This document shows positions 25,802-34,255 of a stretch of 64,000 nt of DNA, piece after piece. Source of the stretch: Desulfonatronovibrionaceae bacterium (lineage in GTDB: Bacteria > Desulfobacterota > Desulfovibrionia > Desulfovibrionales > Desulfonatronovibrionaceae); assembly GCA_046539845.1 (NCBI GenBank), contig JBKHGE010000001.1:124001-188000 (forward strand), given 5' to 3'. The first letter of the stretch is position 1, and each line of letters starts with the position of its first letter. Position numbers and translations under genes: made by a program. The notes beneath the pieces were generated by a model that made no database searches, was not told the DNA's origin, and worked only from the letters and a program-made list of their open reading frames with translations.

Positions 25802-26665
25802 ATGATCTTGCTTGACGGTAAGCAGACCGCCGCGACTATCCGCCGGGAGCTGGCCGAACGCGTGCAGCAGACCGGGAAAAAGGCGGGCCGGCCTCCGGGG
25901 CTGGCCGTGATTCTGGTCGGCGAGGATCCCGGTTCCCGCATATATGTCCGGAACAAGGAGAAGGCCTGTGCTGAGGCGGGCATAGAATCCACCAGTTTGC
26001 GTTTGGATGCAGGAATTTCCCAGACCGAACTCGAGGCCAGGATAAGGGGGCTGAATGCGGACAAGACCGTGGACGGTATCCTGGTCCAGCTGCCTTTGCC
26101 CCCCGGCCTGGATGCGGGGCGCTGTCTGGATTTGATCGACCCGGACAAGGATGTGGACGGTTTCCATCCCGTAAATGTCGGGAGGCTGACCCTGGGCATG
26201 CCCGGTCTGCGCTCCTGCACTCCGGCCGGGGTCATGGAGCTGTTGCGGCGCTATAATATTGATCCGGCCGGAAAAAAGGCCGTGGTCATAGGCAGGAGCA
26301 ATATTGTCGGCAAGCCTCTGTCCTTGCTTTTACTGCATCAAAACGCCACCGTGACCATCTGCCATTCCCGGACGGCAAACTTGGCCGGAGAGGTGCGCAG
26401 CGCGGATTTGGTGGTGGCCGCTTTGGGCCGTCCCGGATTTGTTCAGGGAGATATGATCAAGCCGGGCGCAGTAGTGGTGGATGTGGGTATTAATCGCACC
26501 GAATCGGGCATAACCGGGGACTGCGATTTTGAGTCCGTAAAAGAGGCGGCCGGGGCGCTGACCCCGGTGCCCGGTGGCGTTGGGCCTATGACCATTGCCC
26601 AGCTTTTGCTGAATACGGTTGATTCTTTTCAGGCCCGCACCGGCATCGGATTGAATCGGGTATAA
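25802..26665 (+). CDS. folD: Methylenetetrahydrofolate dehydrogenase/cyclohydrolase
   Basis: [37 protein letters not shown]. Confidence 0.98.
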   Translation: MILLDGKQTAATIRRELAERVQQTGKKAGRPPGLAVILVGEDPGSRIYVRNKEKACAEAGIESTSLRLDAGISQTELEARIRGLNADKTVDGILVQLPLPPGLDAGRCLDLIDPDKDVDGFHPVNVGRLTLGMPGLRSCTPAGVMELLRRYNIDPAGKKAVVIGRSNIVGKPLSLLLLHQNATVTICHSRTANLAGEVRSADLVVAALGRPGFVQGDMIKPGAVVVDVGINRTESGITGDCDFESVKEAAGALTPVPGGVGPMTIAQLLLNTVDSFQARTGIGLNRV

Positions 26666-26696
26666 GCTATCGGTTCCCTGTTGGGGCCGGCAGTTT

Positions 26697-27503
26697 TTAA
26701 TCTACAAGCACTCCGGCATATCCAACGACCTGGTCTCTGTCCCCCAAGACCTCTCCGGAAGTGGAGTAGGCGATTACTTCGGCGTGCTCCGCCCCCAGCC
26801 CGCAGGCGCATTCCAGCCCCAGGGCCATGGGCAGTACTCCGCACATGCTGATTCGGTTTTCCACCACGGTGCGCAAAAGACCGGGCGCGGAAAGGGCGAG
26901 GATCTGCTCCAAAGCCATTTTATCCAGGCTCCGGGCCCGGTCTTCAGGGATATAGTGGCTCATATCCGAGCTGACCACCACTGAGACGTTGGCGCCGCTT
27001 TCCCGGATAAGACCGGCCAGATCCCGCCCGGCCATAAGCACGGTCTCCGGGTCCCGACTGGATACACTAACAGGGACAATTGTGATACCGGTGTCTATTT
27101 GGGCCAGAAAAGGCAAGATGACTTCCAGGGAATGCTCCCTGAGGTGCGCGGTATAGTCGGCTTCGAACCCGGGCAGAGAGGCCGTTTGCTCTGCCAGTTC
27201 GTGGTGGACCTCGATTTTTGCCCCGGGAATGCTCCAGGATCCGTCCGGCCACACGGCCAGTTCTGCCCCGGACCCGGTATGATTGGGGCCGAGCAAAATG
27301 ATAGTATTCCTTAAGCTGGCCCGGGAAAGGGTCTTTCCGGCCACCGGGCCGGAAAACATGTATCCGGCGTGAGGACACATGGCCAAAAGGGTCTTTTTGG
27401 CGCCGGGAGTGCCGTCCATATACATGGCCACCTTTTTCTGCAACTCGGTTTTGGAGCCCGGATAGAACTGTCCGGCGACTATCGGTTCTCTGTCCATGTC
27501 CAT
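26697..27503 (-). CDS. amrB: MEMO1-family protein (AmmeMemoRadiSam system protein B)
   Basis: REPIVAGQFYP, PHAGYMFSG, LLGPNHTG, EHSLEV, SSDMSHY, SMCG, VVGYAG; AGGAGG RBS. Confidence 0.92.
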   Translation of the reverse strand: MDMDREPIVAGQFYPGSKTELQKKVAMYMDGTPGAKKTLLAMCPHAGYMFSGPVAGKTLSRASLRNTIILLGPNHTGSGAELAVWPDGSWSIPGAKIEVHHELAEQTASLPGFEADYTAHLREHSLEVILPFLAQIDTGITIVPVSVSSRDPETVLMAGRDLAGLIRESGANVSVVVSSDMSHYIPEDRARSLDKMALEQILALSAPGLLRTVVENRISMCGVLPMALGLECACGLGAEHAEVIAYSTSGEVLGDRDQVVGYAGVLVD

Positions 27504-27513
27504 ACCTCCTAAA

Positions 27514-27640
27514 CAGGCCGCCCTAAGACCTCCAGATGGCAGCTAAGCGGCAATGGGTTTAAGTCCTTAATGTACTTATAAGTACTCTTGGACCTTGAAT
27601 TTTTTGCGCTGTCCCCGGGGACTGGTTTTAACAGCCAGCT
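27514..27640 (+). mobile_element. Decayed copy of the MITE family seen at 45490
   Basis: By-eye alignment: CAGGCCG start, AAGCGGCAATG shared with the 52390 copy, GACCTTGAATTTTTTGC, TTTTAACAGCC end. Confidence 0.55.
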
Positions 27641-27688
27641 AAAGTAATGTCGAAGACAATGCCTTCTTCTGTGCATCCGTCCCTGTTT

Positions 27689-30568
27689 TCAGGAATCGGA
27701 CAAAAATTCCCGGGCCTTGATTTCTATGGAGTCCGTGTTCAGCTCGGACCTGGCCATATCCGCAAACATGCTTTCCGGATCGGCTTCGATCAGTTCTTCC
27801 AAGGAGGCGCGCCACTTTTCGCGGTCGCCGTTTTTTTTGTATAGCCCGGCCAGAGTGTATTGAAACGCCGGCCAGTCCGAATCGTCTTTATCCACGAATG
27901 TCTCGTATTCCAGGGCCCAGCCCAAAGCCTCCTTCAGCCGGCCTGTACTTTCAGTAGTCTGAATGAGGAGCTCCAGACAGGCCTTTATTTTGGAGATGTC
28001 GTTTTTATCCTGGAGAAAAAGGGATAGCGCTTCCTGAGCGAACACGTGCACATTTTCATAGTCCTGTTTATCAAACGCGTGCCTGGCCATGAAGTACAAG
28101 GCATAGGCCCTTTCCGTGCCCGACAGGTCTATGTCCGAGGCCAGGCTGCGCCAAACAGGCATAGCCTGTTCTGAACGGCCCATGTTCTGCAGGGCCAGGG
28201 CATAGGCATAATCGAGTTTGTGTTTTTGTTTCTGGGGCAGATCCCAGTCTGTGGCTTGCTCCGCAAGCTTGGTTATGGCCAGCCAGTTTTCCCGGTCCAG
28301 ATGGATATTGAGCAAAAGTCCCAGGGCAGAGGTCTGCCCTTTGTCCACTTCCTCCTTTTTTGAGGAGGAGAGAAGCGGTCTGGCCATGGCTACGGCCTGT
28401 TCCGACTTTTTATCCTGCCATAGGGCGGTGGCTACAGCTAAGCGGGTATCACTGGGCATTTTGTCTTTGTTATCCTGCAGAAAAGTATACTCGTTCCACG
28501 CATTGAGGATTTGTTTATAGCCGCTGTCCGGGCCGTATTTGGCGGCAAGCCTGGAAAAGGCCTTCATTCCCACGTCAATGGCCTGGGAGGTTAGATCCGA
28601 GTCCGGATAGTTGCGGAGGAAATTGTCCGCTTCCCGGAGGGCCTCTTCAGCCCGGCCGTTGAAAAGCTCCCACATGGCCAGCTTGAGCTGGGCCACCGGG
28701 GCCAGCGGGGAATCCGGGAAATCATTTATAATCCGGGAATATATTTTTTCCGGTCGCAGGTTAAAGGGCCGGTCAAACACCGAGAACATGTCTTCTATGC
28801 TCGGTTCGTCGTAAATGCCTTCCTCGGCCAGGCGCATGGAGGCGATAAGTCCACCTTCGCGCTCCGGGAATTCGGAAGCGGTTTTTTCATATATCTCCCG
28901 GGCCGCTTCTTTGTTCTCCTTTTGCAGATAGACATCCCCGATCCTGGCCTGAATGATGTCCGTGTCCCCGGATTCAGGGGCCAGATTTATATACGCCCAG
29001 TAATTGTTTAGCGCGGTATCAAAGTCTTTATTCTTCTGGGCTACGAAACCGGAGATTTCCAGAAAGTCCGGATCGTCAAGGTAATAGCGGGGCCAGCGCT
29101 GGCGGATATAATCTATTATCTCCTGCGCTTCATCGAAATACTCGAGTTGCCTCAGGCTTCGGGCCAGGCCGACTGCCGCGTTCTTGGCTATTTTGTTGTC
29201 CGGATAATCCTGGATGATTTGCTCGAATGCTTCGGCTGCCTCCTGGTACTGTCCGTTTTTAAGCTGGTGGCGGCCCCAGTAGTAGTGGGTGAGTGGTACG
29301 TTGGGGTCGTCCGGGTAGTCTTCCCGTAGCAGATTGAAGTAGCCGCGGGCCTCGGGGATATTGTCCGCCTGCAGGTTGACGTATCCCATGTTCAACAGGG
29401 CCTGAGGGGTGCGAGGGGACTCTGGATTGTAGTTCATCGCCCGTTCGTATGCAGTCAGCACCTCCCGGACATGGCCCTCGATATCGTCCTGGAACAGGTG
29501 GAAAGCAGCGTCGGCAAAGTCGTACAAAACGTCTTCCTTAAACTCTTGCGGAAGCTCGGGGTCGTCTTTTATCCCTTTCAGGGTATCGTAGGCGGCTTTG
29601 TATTTACCGTTGGTCATGGCCGCCCGAGCGGCGGCGATCATCTTTTCGAAATCCGGGGTAGCGGTACCGTTGGTGGCGTTAGCCGCCATGGTCGCATTGG
29701 TCGCATTGGTCGCATTGGTCGCATTGGTTGCATTGGTCGCATTGGTTGCATTGGTTGCATTGGTTGCATTGGTGGCGTTAAGCCCTATATCTCCAGCTGT
29801 AGTCGCATTTTCCCTGTCCTCTTCAGGGGGCTCTCCTCGGGTTTCTTCCGCTGAATCGTCGGATGCAGCCTGTTTTTTATCATCACCCGGCTTGCCTTTG
29901 TCTTCCTTCTGGCGCTCGATGTCAGAGGGGTTTATTATCCGGGCCTCTTCTGGGGTTACCTTTTTGATTTTTTCTCTTATTTGGTACGGCTTTTCTGGTC
30001 GGGAGTGCTTAGCAGGGAGCGGAGAGGAGCCCTTTCCGCCGGCCGGGTCTGTCTCGTTTACATCATCCGGGTTTTGTTCGGTGGTGCGATTGTCGCTGTC
30101 CATGTCGTTTGTCCGGGGGCTGGTGCGGTTGACTGACTTTGCCGGAGAGGGAGTTTCGGACCGGGTCTCTTCTTCGGGTTCTTTTTCTTCCTGTTTCGGC
30201 TTCCATTTCGCGCCTGTGGGGTCTAGGAAGAAATCCAAAACGATTTTGTTTTCTCCGCTGTAGGGGAAAGAGATATAGCCGAAACTGGCCGTTTCCATAC
30301 GGACAACAATATTGTCCCCGGAGACAGAGACTTTTTCTATCAGGCTGGAATAACCCATGTCCACGGGCCGGGGCTCGGATTCGCGGCCCCATATCCCTTC
30401 CGGAAGCCGGATTGTCAAATCACGGCGCCCGGTCCTGCCGACCTTAAATTCCGGAATGCCGGATTCAAATTCCAGCACCAATCGTTCGCTTTGGGGGTGA
30501 TCGCCCCAATTGTAGCTCAAAGTCAAAGCGGCCAGGGGGGACAGGAGCACAGCTAAAAAGGCGAGCAT
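27689..30568 (-). CDS. Large exported TPR-repeat protein with acidic low-complexity linker and NAT repeats
   Basis: Hydrophobic N-terminus; many TPR-like helices ending in YPD/FPD turns; the true start may lie upstream. Confidence 0.85.
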   Translation of the reverse strand: MLAFLAVLLSPLAALTLSYNWGDHPQSERLVLEFESGIPEFKVGRTGRRDLTIRLPEGIWGRESEPRPVDMGYSSLIEKVSVSGDNIVVRMETASFGYISFPYSGENKIVLDFFLDPTGAKWKPKQEEKEPEEETRSETPSPAKSVNRTSPRTNDMDSDNRTTEQNPDDVNETDPAGGKGSSPLPAKHSRPEKPYQIREKIKKVTPEEARIINPSDIERQKEDKGKPGDDKKQAASDDSAEETRGEPPEEDRENATTAGDIGLNATNATNATNATNATNATNATNATNATNATMAANATNGTATPDFEKMIAAARAAMTNGKYKAAYDTLKGIKDDPELPQEFKEDVLYDFADAAFHLFQDDIEGHVREVLTAYERAMNYNPESPRTPQALLNMGYVNLQADNIPEARGYFNLLREDYPDDPNVPLTHYYWGRHQLKNGQYQEAAEAFEQIIQDYPDNKIAKNAAVGLARSLRQLEYFDEAQEIIDYIRQRWPRYYLDDPDFLEISGFVAQKNKDFDTALNNYWAYINLAPESGDTDIIQARIGDVYLQKENKEAAREIYEKTASEFPEREGGLIASMRLAEEGIYDEPSIEDMFSVFDRPFNLRPEKIYSRIINDFPDSPLAPVAQLKLAMWELFNGRAEEALREADNFLRNYPDSDLTSQAIDVGMKAFSRLAAKYGPDSGYKQILNAWNEYTFLQDNKDKMPSDTRLAVATALWQDKKSEQAVAMARPLLSSSKKEEVDKGQTSALGLLLNIHLDRENWLAITKLAEQATDWDLPQKQKHKLDYAYALALQNMGRSEQAMPVWRSLASDIDLSGTERAYALYFMARHAFDKQDYENVHVFAQEALSLFLQDKNDISKIKACLELLIQTTESTGRLKEALGWALEYETFVDKDDSDWPAFQYTLAGLYKKNGDREKWRASLEELIEADPESMFADMARSELNTDSIEIKAREFLSDS
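29690..29779 (-). repeat. Ten tandem 9-bp units (AAYGCNACC) encoding (Asn-Ala-Thr)10
   Basis: + strand: GGTCGCATT x5, GGTTGCATT x4, GGTGGCGTT x1, contiguous. Confidence 0.98.
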
Positions 30569-30698
30569 ACCCGGAAAAAGCAGAAAAATCCACGGGCCGC
30601 GATAAGCCCGGCGGACATTATTTAATCCAAAATGTTTGGGTGCGCATGCGTAAGCGATGGCTAGATCCTCTCCCGGTCATGCTGCAGATTGTTGGCGA

Positions 30699-31706
30699 TC
30701 AGGATAGATTCTTTTTTTTCAGTTTTTCTATCAGGGTTGTTCTTTTTATGCCCAGCAGTTCAGCGGCCTGATTTTTGACCCCGTCGGTTTTGTCCAGGGC
30801 CTCCTTGAGGAGACTGGTCTCTATGGCGTCCATGAATTCCTTGAGTCCCAGGGATCTTTTTTCCAAATCCTGTAATCCGGGCCAGTGAAAATTTTTGGCC
30901 GCGGGCCTTGTTTTGTTCTGTGTCTCATGGGGCCGGGTATTGTTCAGGACTTTGCCCGGAAGGTCCTGCAAAGAGATGGATTGGCCCTCGCACAGGATGC
31001 TCATTCGTTCCATGAAGTTTTCCAGCTCCCGGATGTTCCCGGGCCAGGGATACTCGGAGAGGACCCGGGCGGTTTTGTCTTCGATCTTTAGAGGCCCCCT
31101 GTTTTTTTCGGCACAGAATTTTTTTATAAAATAATCCGCCAAAAGGAGGATATCCTCCCCGCGCTCACGTAAAGGAGGAAGATCCAGGGGGATCACGTTC
31201 AGCCTGTAGAAAAGGTCCTCCCTGAAATTCCCTTTTTTTACTTCCTCCTCCAGATCGCGGTTTGTAGCCGCTACTATACGAATATCCGCATTTATGGTCC
31301 TGGAGCCCCCCACCCTTTCGAATTCTTTTTCTTGCAGTACCCGAAGTATCTTGACCTGCAGGCTTAAGTCCAGTTCCCCGATCTCGTCCAAAAACACCGT
31401 CCCACCCGAGGCCAGCTCGAAGCGTCCGGCCCGGGACTTGACAGCGTGGGTGAATGCCCCCTTCTCATGCCCGAACAGCTCTGACTCCAGGAGTTCCCTG
31501 GGTATCGCCCCACAGTTTATGGGCACAAAGGGCTTGTCCGCCCTGTGGCTGTTGTTATGCAAGGCCCGGACCAGGAGTTCCTTGCCAGTTCCGGACTCTC
31601 CGGTTACAAGAACGGTGCTGTCCGTGGGGGCCACCTTGGCCAGGATCTGAAATACTTGGCGCAATGCCGGGCTTTCCCCGATAATACCCTGGGTCTTGAT
31701 CCGCAT
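30699..31706 (-). CDS. Sigma-54 enhancer-binding protein without N-terminal sensor domain (FlrA/FleQ-like)
   Basis: GESGTGKE, ESELFGHEKGAFTHA, FLDEIG, FREDLFYRLNV, WPGNIREL, Fis-type HTH. Start placed at ATG 31706 rather than TTG 31754. Confidence 0.9.
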   Translation of the reverse strand: MRIKTQGIIGESPALRQVFQILAKVAPTDSTVLVTGESGTGKELLVRALHNNSHRADKPFVPINCGAIPRELLESELFGHEKGAFTHAVKSRAGRFELASGGTVFLDEIGELDLSLQVKILRVLQEKEFERVGGSRTINADIRIVAATNRDLEEEVKKGNFREDLFYRLNVIPLDLPPLRERGEDILLLADYFIKKFCAEKNRGPLKIEDKTARVLSEYPWPGNIRELENFMERMSILCEGQSISLQDLPGKVLNNTRPHETQNKTRPAAKNFHWPGLQDLEKRSLGLKEFMDAIETSLLKEALDKTDGVKNQAAELLGIKRTTLIEKLKKKNLS

Positions 31707-31749
31707 AAATCGTTTCTCCGGGAATGGTTTGTATCTATAGAGAATAGCT

Positions 31750-31763
31750 GTCAAAATTATGAC
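31750..31763. promoter_or_regulatory. GTCA-N6-TGAC palindrome, candidate FleQ/FlrA-type binding site
   Basis: GTCAAAATTATGAC, 44 bp upstream of the regulator's ATG, in the divergent intergenic region. Confidence 0.5.
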
Positions 31764-31867
31764 GGATTGTCAATAGGCGGGGGTAAAATATATTTTCTGA
31801 ATTAAGGTCATAGGAGTGCAAAGCCTGAGCGCATGGGAGATAATAGGGTGTTGGGAATAAGTAATAA

Positions 31868-33010
31868 ATGACTGCAAGTGATTTCGGGACAATCCATATT
31901 GCCTTATTCCTCCCCCGGCTGAGCAAGTACGGCGGTGTGGAGCGTTTTGCCTGGGGCCTGGCCGAGTATCTGGCTGGCTTTCAGGGGTATTCAGTGCACA
32001 TTATATGCGCAAGGCAGGAAACGGAACCTCCTTGCGAGGTTACGGTGCATGAGGTTGGTCGCTTGGGCGTCTTCAGGTCGCTGAAGATCCTTTGGTTCGC
32101 CTTTGCTGCCGAGCGTGTGCGCAGAGAAGGGGGGTTTGATCTCTCTATCGGGCTGGGCAAGACTTGGAACCAGGATATACTTCGTTTGAGCGGAGGTCCC
32201 CTGCCGGTCTTTTGGCGGCTTTCCTCCCGGGCCTATTCAGCCGGATTCACCCGCAGGTGGAAGATGTTCAGGCGCAGGTTGTCTCCGGCCAATTTATTGA
32301 TAAGGATAATTGAGCGGCATCAGTTGCAAAGTACCCCACATTTTGTGGCCGTGTCCCATAAGCTCCTGGAGTGGATGCGCGAGGCATATCCGCAATTCGA
32401 CACCTCTGTTGCCCGGGTGATTTATAACAAGCCTGATTTGTCCTCTTTTCGGCCTGTTACCAGTAAAGAGCGGATTGCCGCCCGGAAAGAATGGGGACTT
32501 GATTCGGATAAAACATACATTGGCACCGCCGGGACCAATTTCGCCCTCAAGGGTGTTGGGTGTTTGATACGGACCCTGCCTGAATTGCCAAGTGACTATG
32601 AACTGCTTGTGGCCGGAGGCCGCAAGCAGGGCCGATATAAAAGGATGGCCAATAATCTTGGCGTGGTCGACCGAGTTCATTTTTTGGGGCGGGTACAGGA
32701 CATGCAACGATTTTATCACTGCTGCCATGTCTTTGTTTTGGCCTCGTTTTATGACGCCTGTTCAAATGCGGTCTTGGAGGCCCTTAGCAGTGGAGTGCCT
32801 ACCCTATCCACTGCTGATAATGGCAGCAGCTTTTTTTTGGATCCCGAGGATGTCATCGTTGATCCAAGGGACACTGCGACCTTGGCGAAGTCCATAGCCC
32901 ACGCCGTGGACAAGGAGGAGGCGGGGTTTTCCTGGCCCGAGGAGATCCGGGCCGGTTTCGCCTATTATAAGGAGTTGATTGATTGGGTGCTGAAGGAGAA
33001 GAACACCTGA
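31868..33010 (+). CDS. GT4 glycosyltransferase (WaaG-like)
   Basis: YGGVERF, FALKG, VHFLG, FVLASFYDACSNAVLEAL. Confidence 0.9.
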   Translation: MTASDFGTIHIALFLPRLSKYGGVERFAWGLAEYLAGFQGYSVHIICARQETEPPCEVTVHEVGRLGVFRSLKILWFAFAAERVRREGGFDLSIGLGKTWNQDILRLSGGPLPVFWRLSSRAYSAGFTRRWKMFRRRLSPANLLIRIIERHQLQSTPHFVAVSHKLLEWMREAYPQFDTSVARVIYNKPDLSSFRPVTSKERIAARKEWGLDSDKTYIGTAGTNFALKGVGCLIRTLPELPSDYELLVAGGRKQGRYKRMANNLGVVDRVHFLGRVQDMQRFYHCCHVFVLASFYDACSNAVLEALSSGVPTLSTADNGSSFFLDPEDVIVDPRDTATLAKSIAHAVDKEEAGFSWPEEIRAGFAYYKELIDWVLKEKNT

Positions 33011-33035
33011 TGGAAAGATAATTGTCCGGCAGATC

Positions 33036-33078
33036 AAAATCCCCCTACCGGCTTAGCCGGCAGGGGGGATTTATTTTT
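33036..33078. terminator. Bidirectional intrinsic terminator between the converging GT4 and tRNA genes
   Basis: AAAATCCCCCTACCGGC-TTA-GCCGGCAGGGGGGATTTATTTTT. Confidence 0.8.
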
Positions 33079-33082
33079 GGAG

Positions 33083-33169
33083 TGGTGCCGAAGGGGAGAC
33101 TCGAACTCCCACGGGGGAAACCCCACTAGACCCTGAACCTAGCGCGTCTACCAATTCCGCCACTTCGGC
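33083..33169 (-). tRNA. tRNA-Leu (CAG)
   Basis: 87 nt: GCCGAAGTGGCGGAATTGGTAGACGCG-CTAGG-TTCAGGG-TCTAG, long variable arm, GTTCGAGTC, TTCGGCACCA with encoded CCA. Confidence 0.98.
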
Positions 33170-33307
33170 ACGAAGGAGTTGCCGTATATAAAATTTTTTA
33201 CGGTTTGACAAGGGCTTTTTAATAACCTGATCTCCTCGCGCTTGATGCCCGTCGGGAAATGCGTTAGCTATATCGCGCTTTAAAATGTTCAGGAGTGAAA
33301 TTTTTAT

Positions 33308-34255
33308 ATGGTTTATCACGATATTGAAGAATTATCTGCCGCCTTCTGCAAGCCCTGCTGTGTTACCATAGGAAATTTCGACGGCGTCCACAAGGGGCAT
33401 CAGGCCCTGATTGAAAGGGTACGCAGGCGGGCCAGGGCCGAAGATCTGCATAGTGTGGTTATCACTTTTGATCCTCATCCCTTGCGGGTGCTTGTGGGAA
33501 AGAAAACTCCTCCCTTTATCACCCTTACTTTACAAAAACTGGAACTGCTGGAAAAGATAGGCGTGGACTTTGTCTTTTGTCAGCGATTTAGTAAAGAATT
33601 GGCCGGGCTTGATCCAGAAGTGTTTGTTTTCCAGCACCTGGTTCGTCCCTTGGGTATGAAAAAGCTTATAATCGGACATGATTATGCATTCGGCAAGGGC
33701 CGTAGAGGAAATTTTCCCATGCTCCAGGCCCTGGGGGAAAAATACGGCTTTGAGGTGGAAAGGCTGGAACCGGTGCTTGTCGACGGGGCAATAGTCAGCT
33801 CAACCCGGGTAAGGGATCTTATTGAGCAGGGTGAAGTCTGGAGGGCAAGGGACCTTATCGGCAGGTTCTATCAGGTCCAAGGCGCGGTTAAAAAAGGCAA
33901 GCAAAGAGGCGGGCCGCTTTTGGGGTTTCCGACCGCCAACTTGGTGCTTTCGGATGAATTGTGCCCCAAGACCGGAGTATATGCGGTCTGGGCGGAGATA
34001 AAAGGCCGGGTACACCCAGCGGTGGCCAATATCGGCTACAATCCCACTTTTGGCAGCGACTGCCTCTCAGTGGAGGTACACATAATGGATTTGGACTCTG
34101 ATCTGTATGGTGAAATGCTCCGGGTCCATTTTGTCCAACGCCTGCGTTCGGAGAAAAAATTCAGCAGCTTTGAGGAACTCAAGGCCCAGATTACCGAGGA
34201 TGTGCAGATGGGCCGAAAGATCCTGGCCGCTGAAGGTGCGGCACTGGTAGTATGA
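33308..34255 (+). CDS. ribF: Bifunctional riboflavin kinase/FAD synthetase
   Basis: IGNFDGVHKGH, TFDPHP, VSSTRVR, LGFPTAN, NIGYNPTF, VEVHI. Confidence 0.97.
   Translation: MVYHDIEELSAAFCKPCCVTIGNFDGVHKGHQALIERVRRRARAEDLHSVVITFDPHPLRVLVGKKTPPFITLTLQKLELLEKIGVDFVFCQRFSKELAGLDPEVFVFQHLVRPLGMKKLIIGHDYAFGKGRRGNFPMLQALGEKYGFEVERLEPVLVDGAIVSSTRVRDLIEQGEVWRARDLIGRFYQVQGAVKKGKQRGGPLLGFPTANLVLSDELCPKTGVYAVWAEIKGRVHPAVANIGYNPTFGSDCLSVEVHIMDLDSDLYGEMLRVHFVQRLRSEKKFSSFEELKAQITEDVQMGRKILAAEGAALVV

Noticed and set aside
29598..30263. + strand ORFs with VALVAL or IGRIGC repeats
   Set aside because: Alternative readings of the NAT tandem repeat.
31868..33169. tRNA-Leu as an island integration site
   Set aside because: No integrase and no duplicated tRNA 3' end found; a terminator follows the tRNA directly.
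33071..33319. 82-aa minus-strand ORF
   Set aside because: It is a translation of the tRNA gene and its upstream region.
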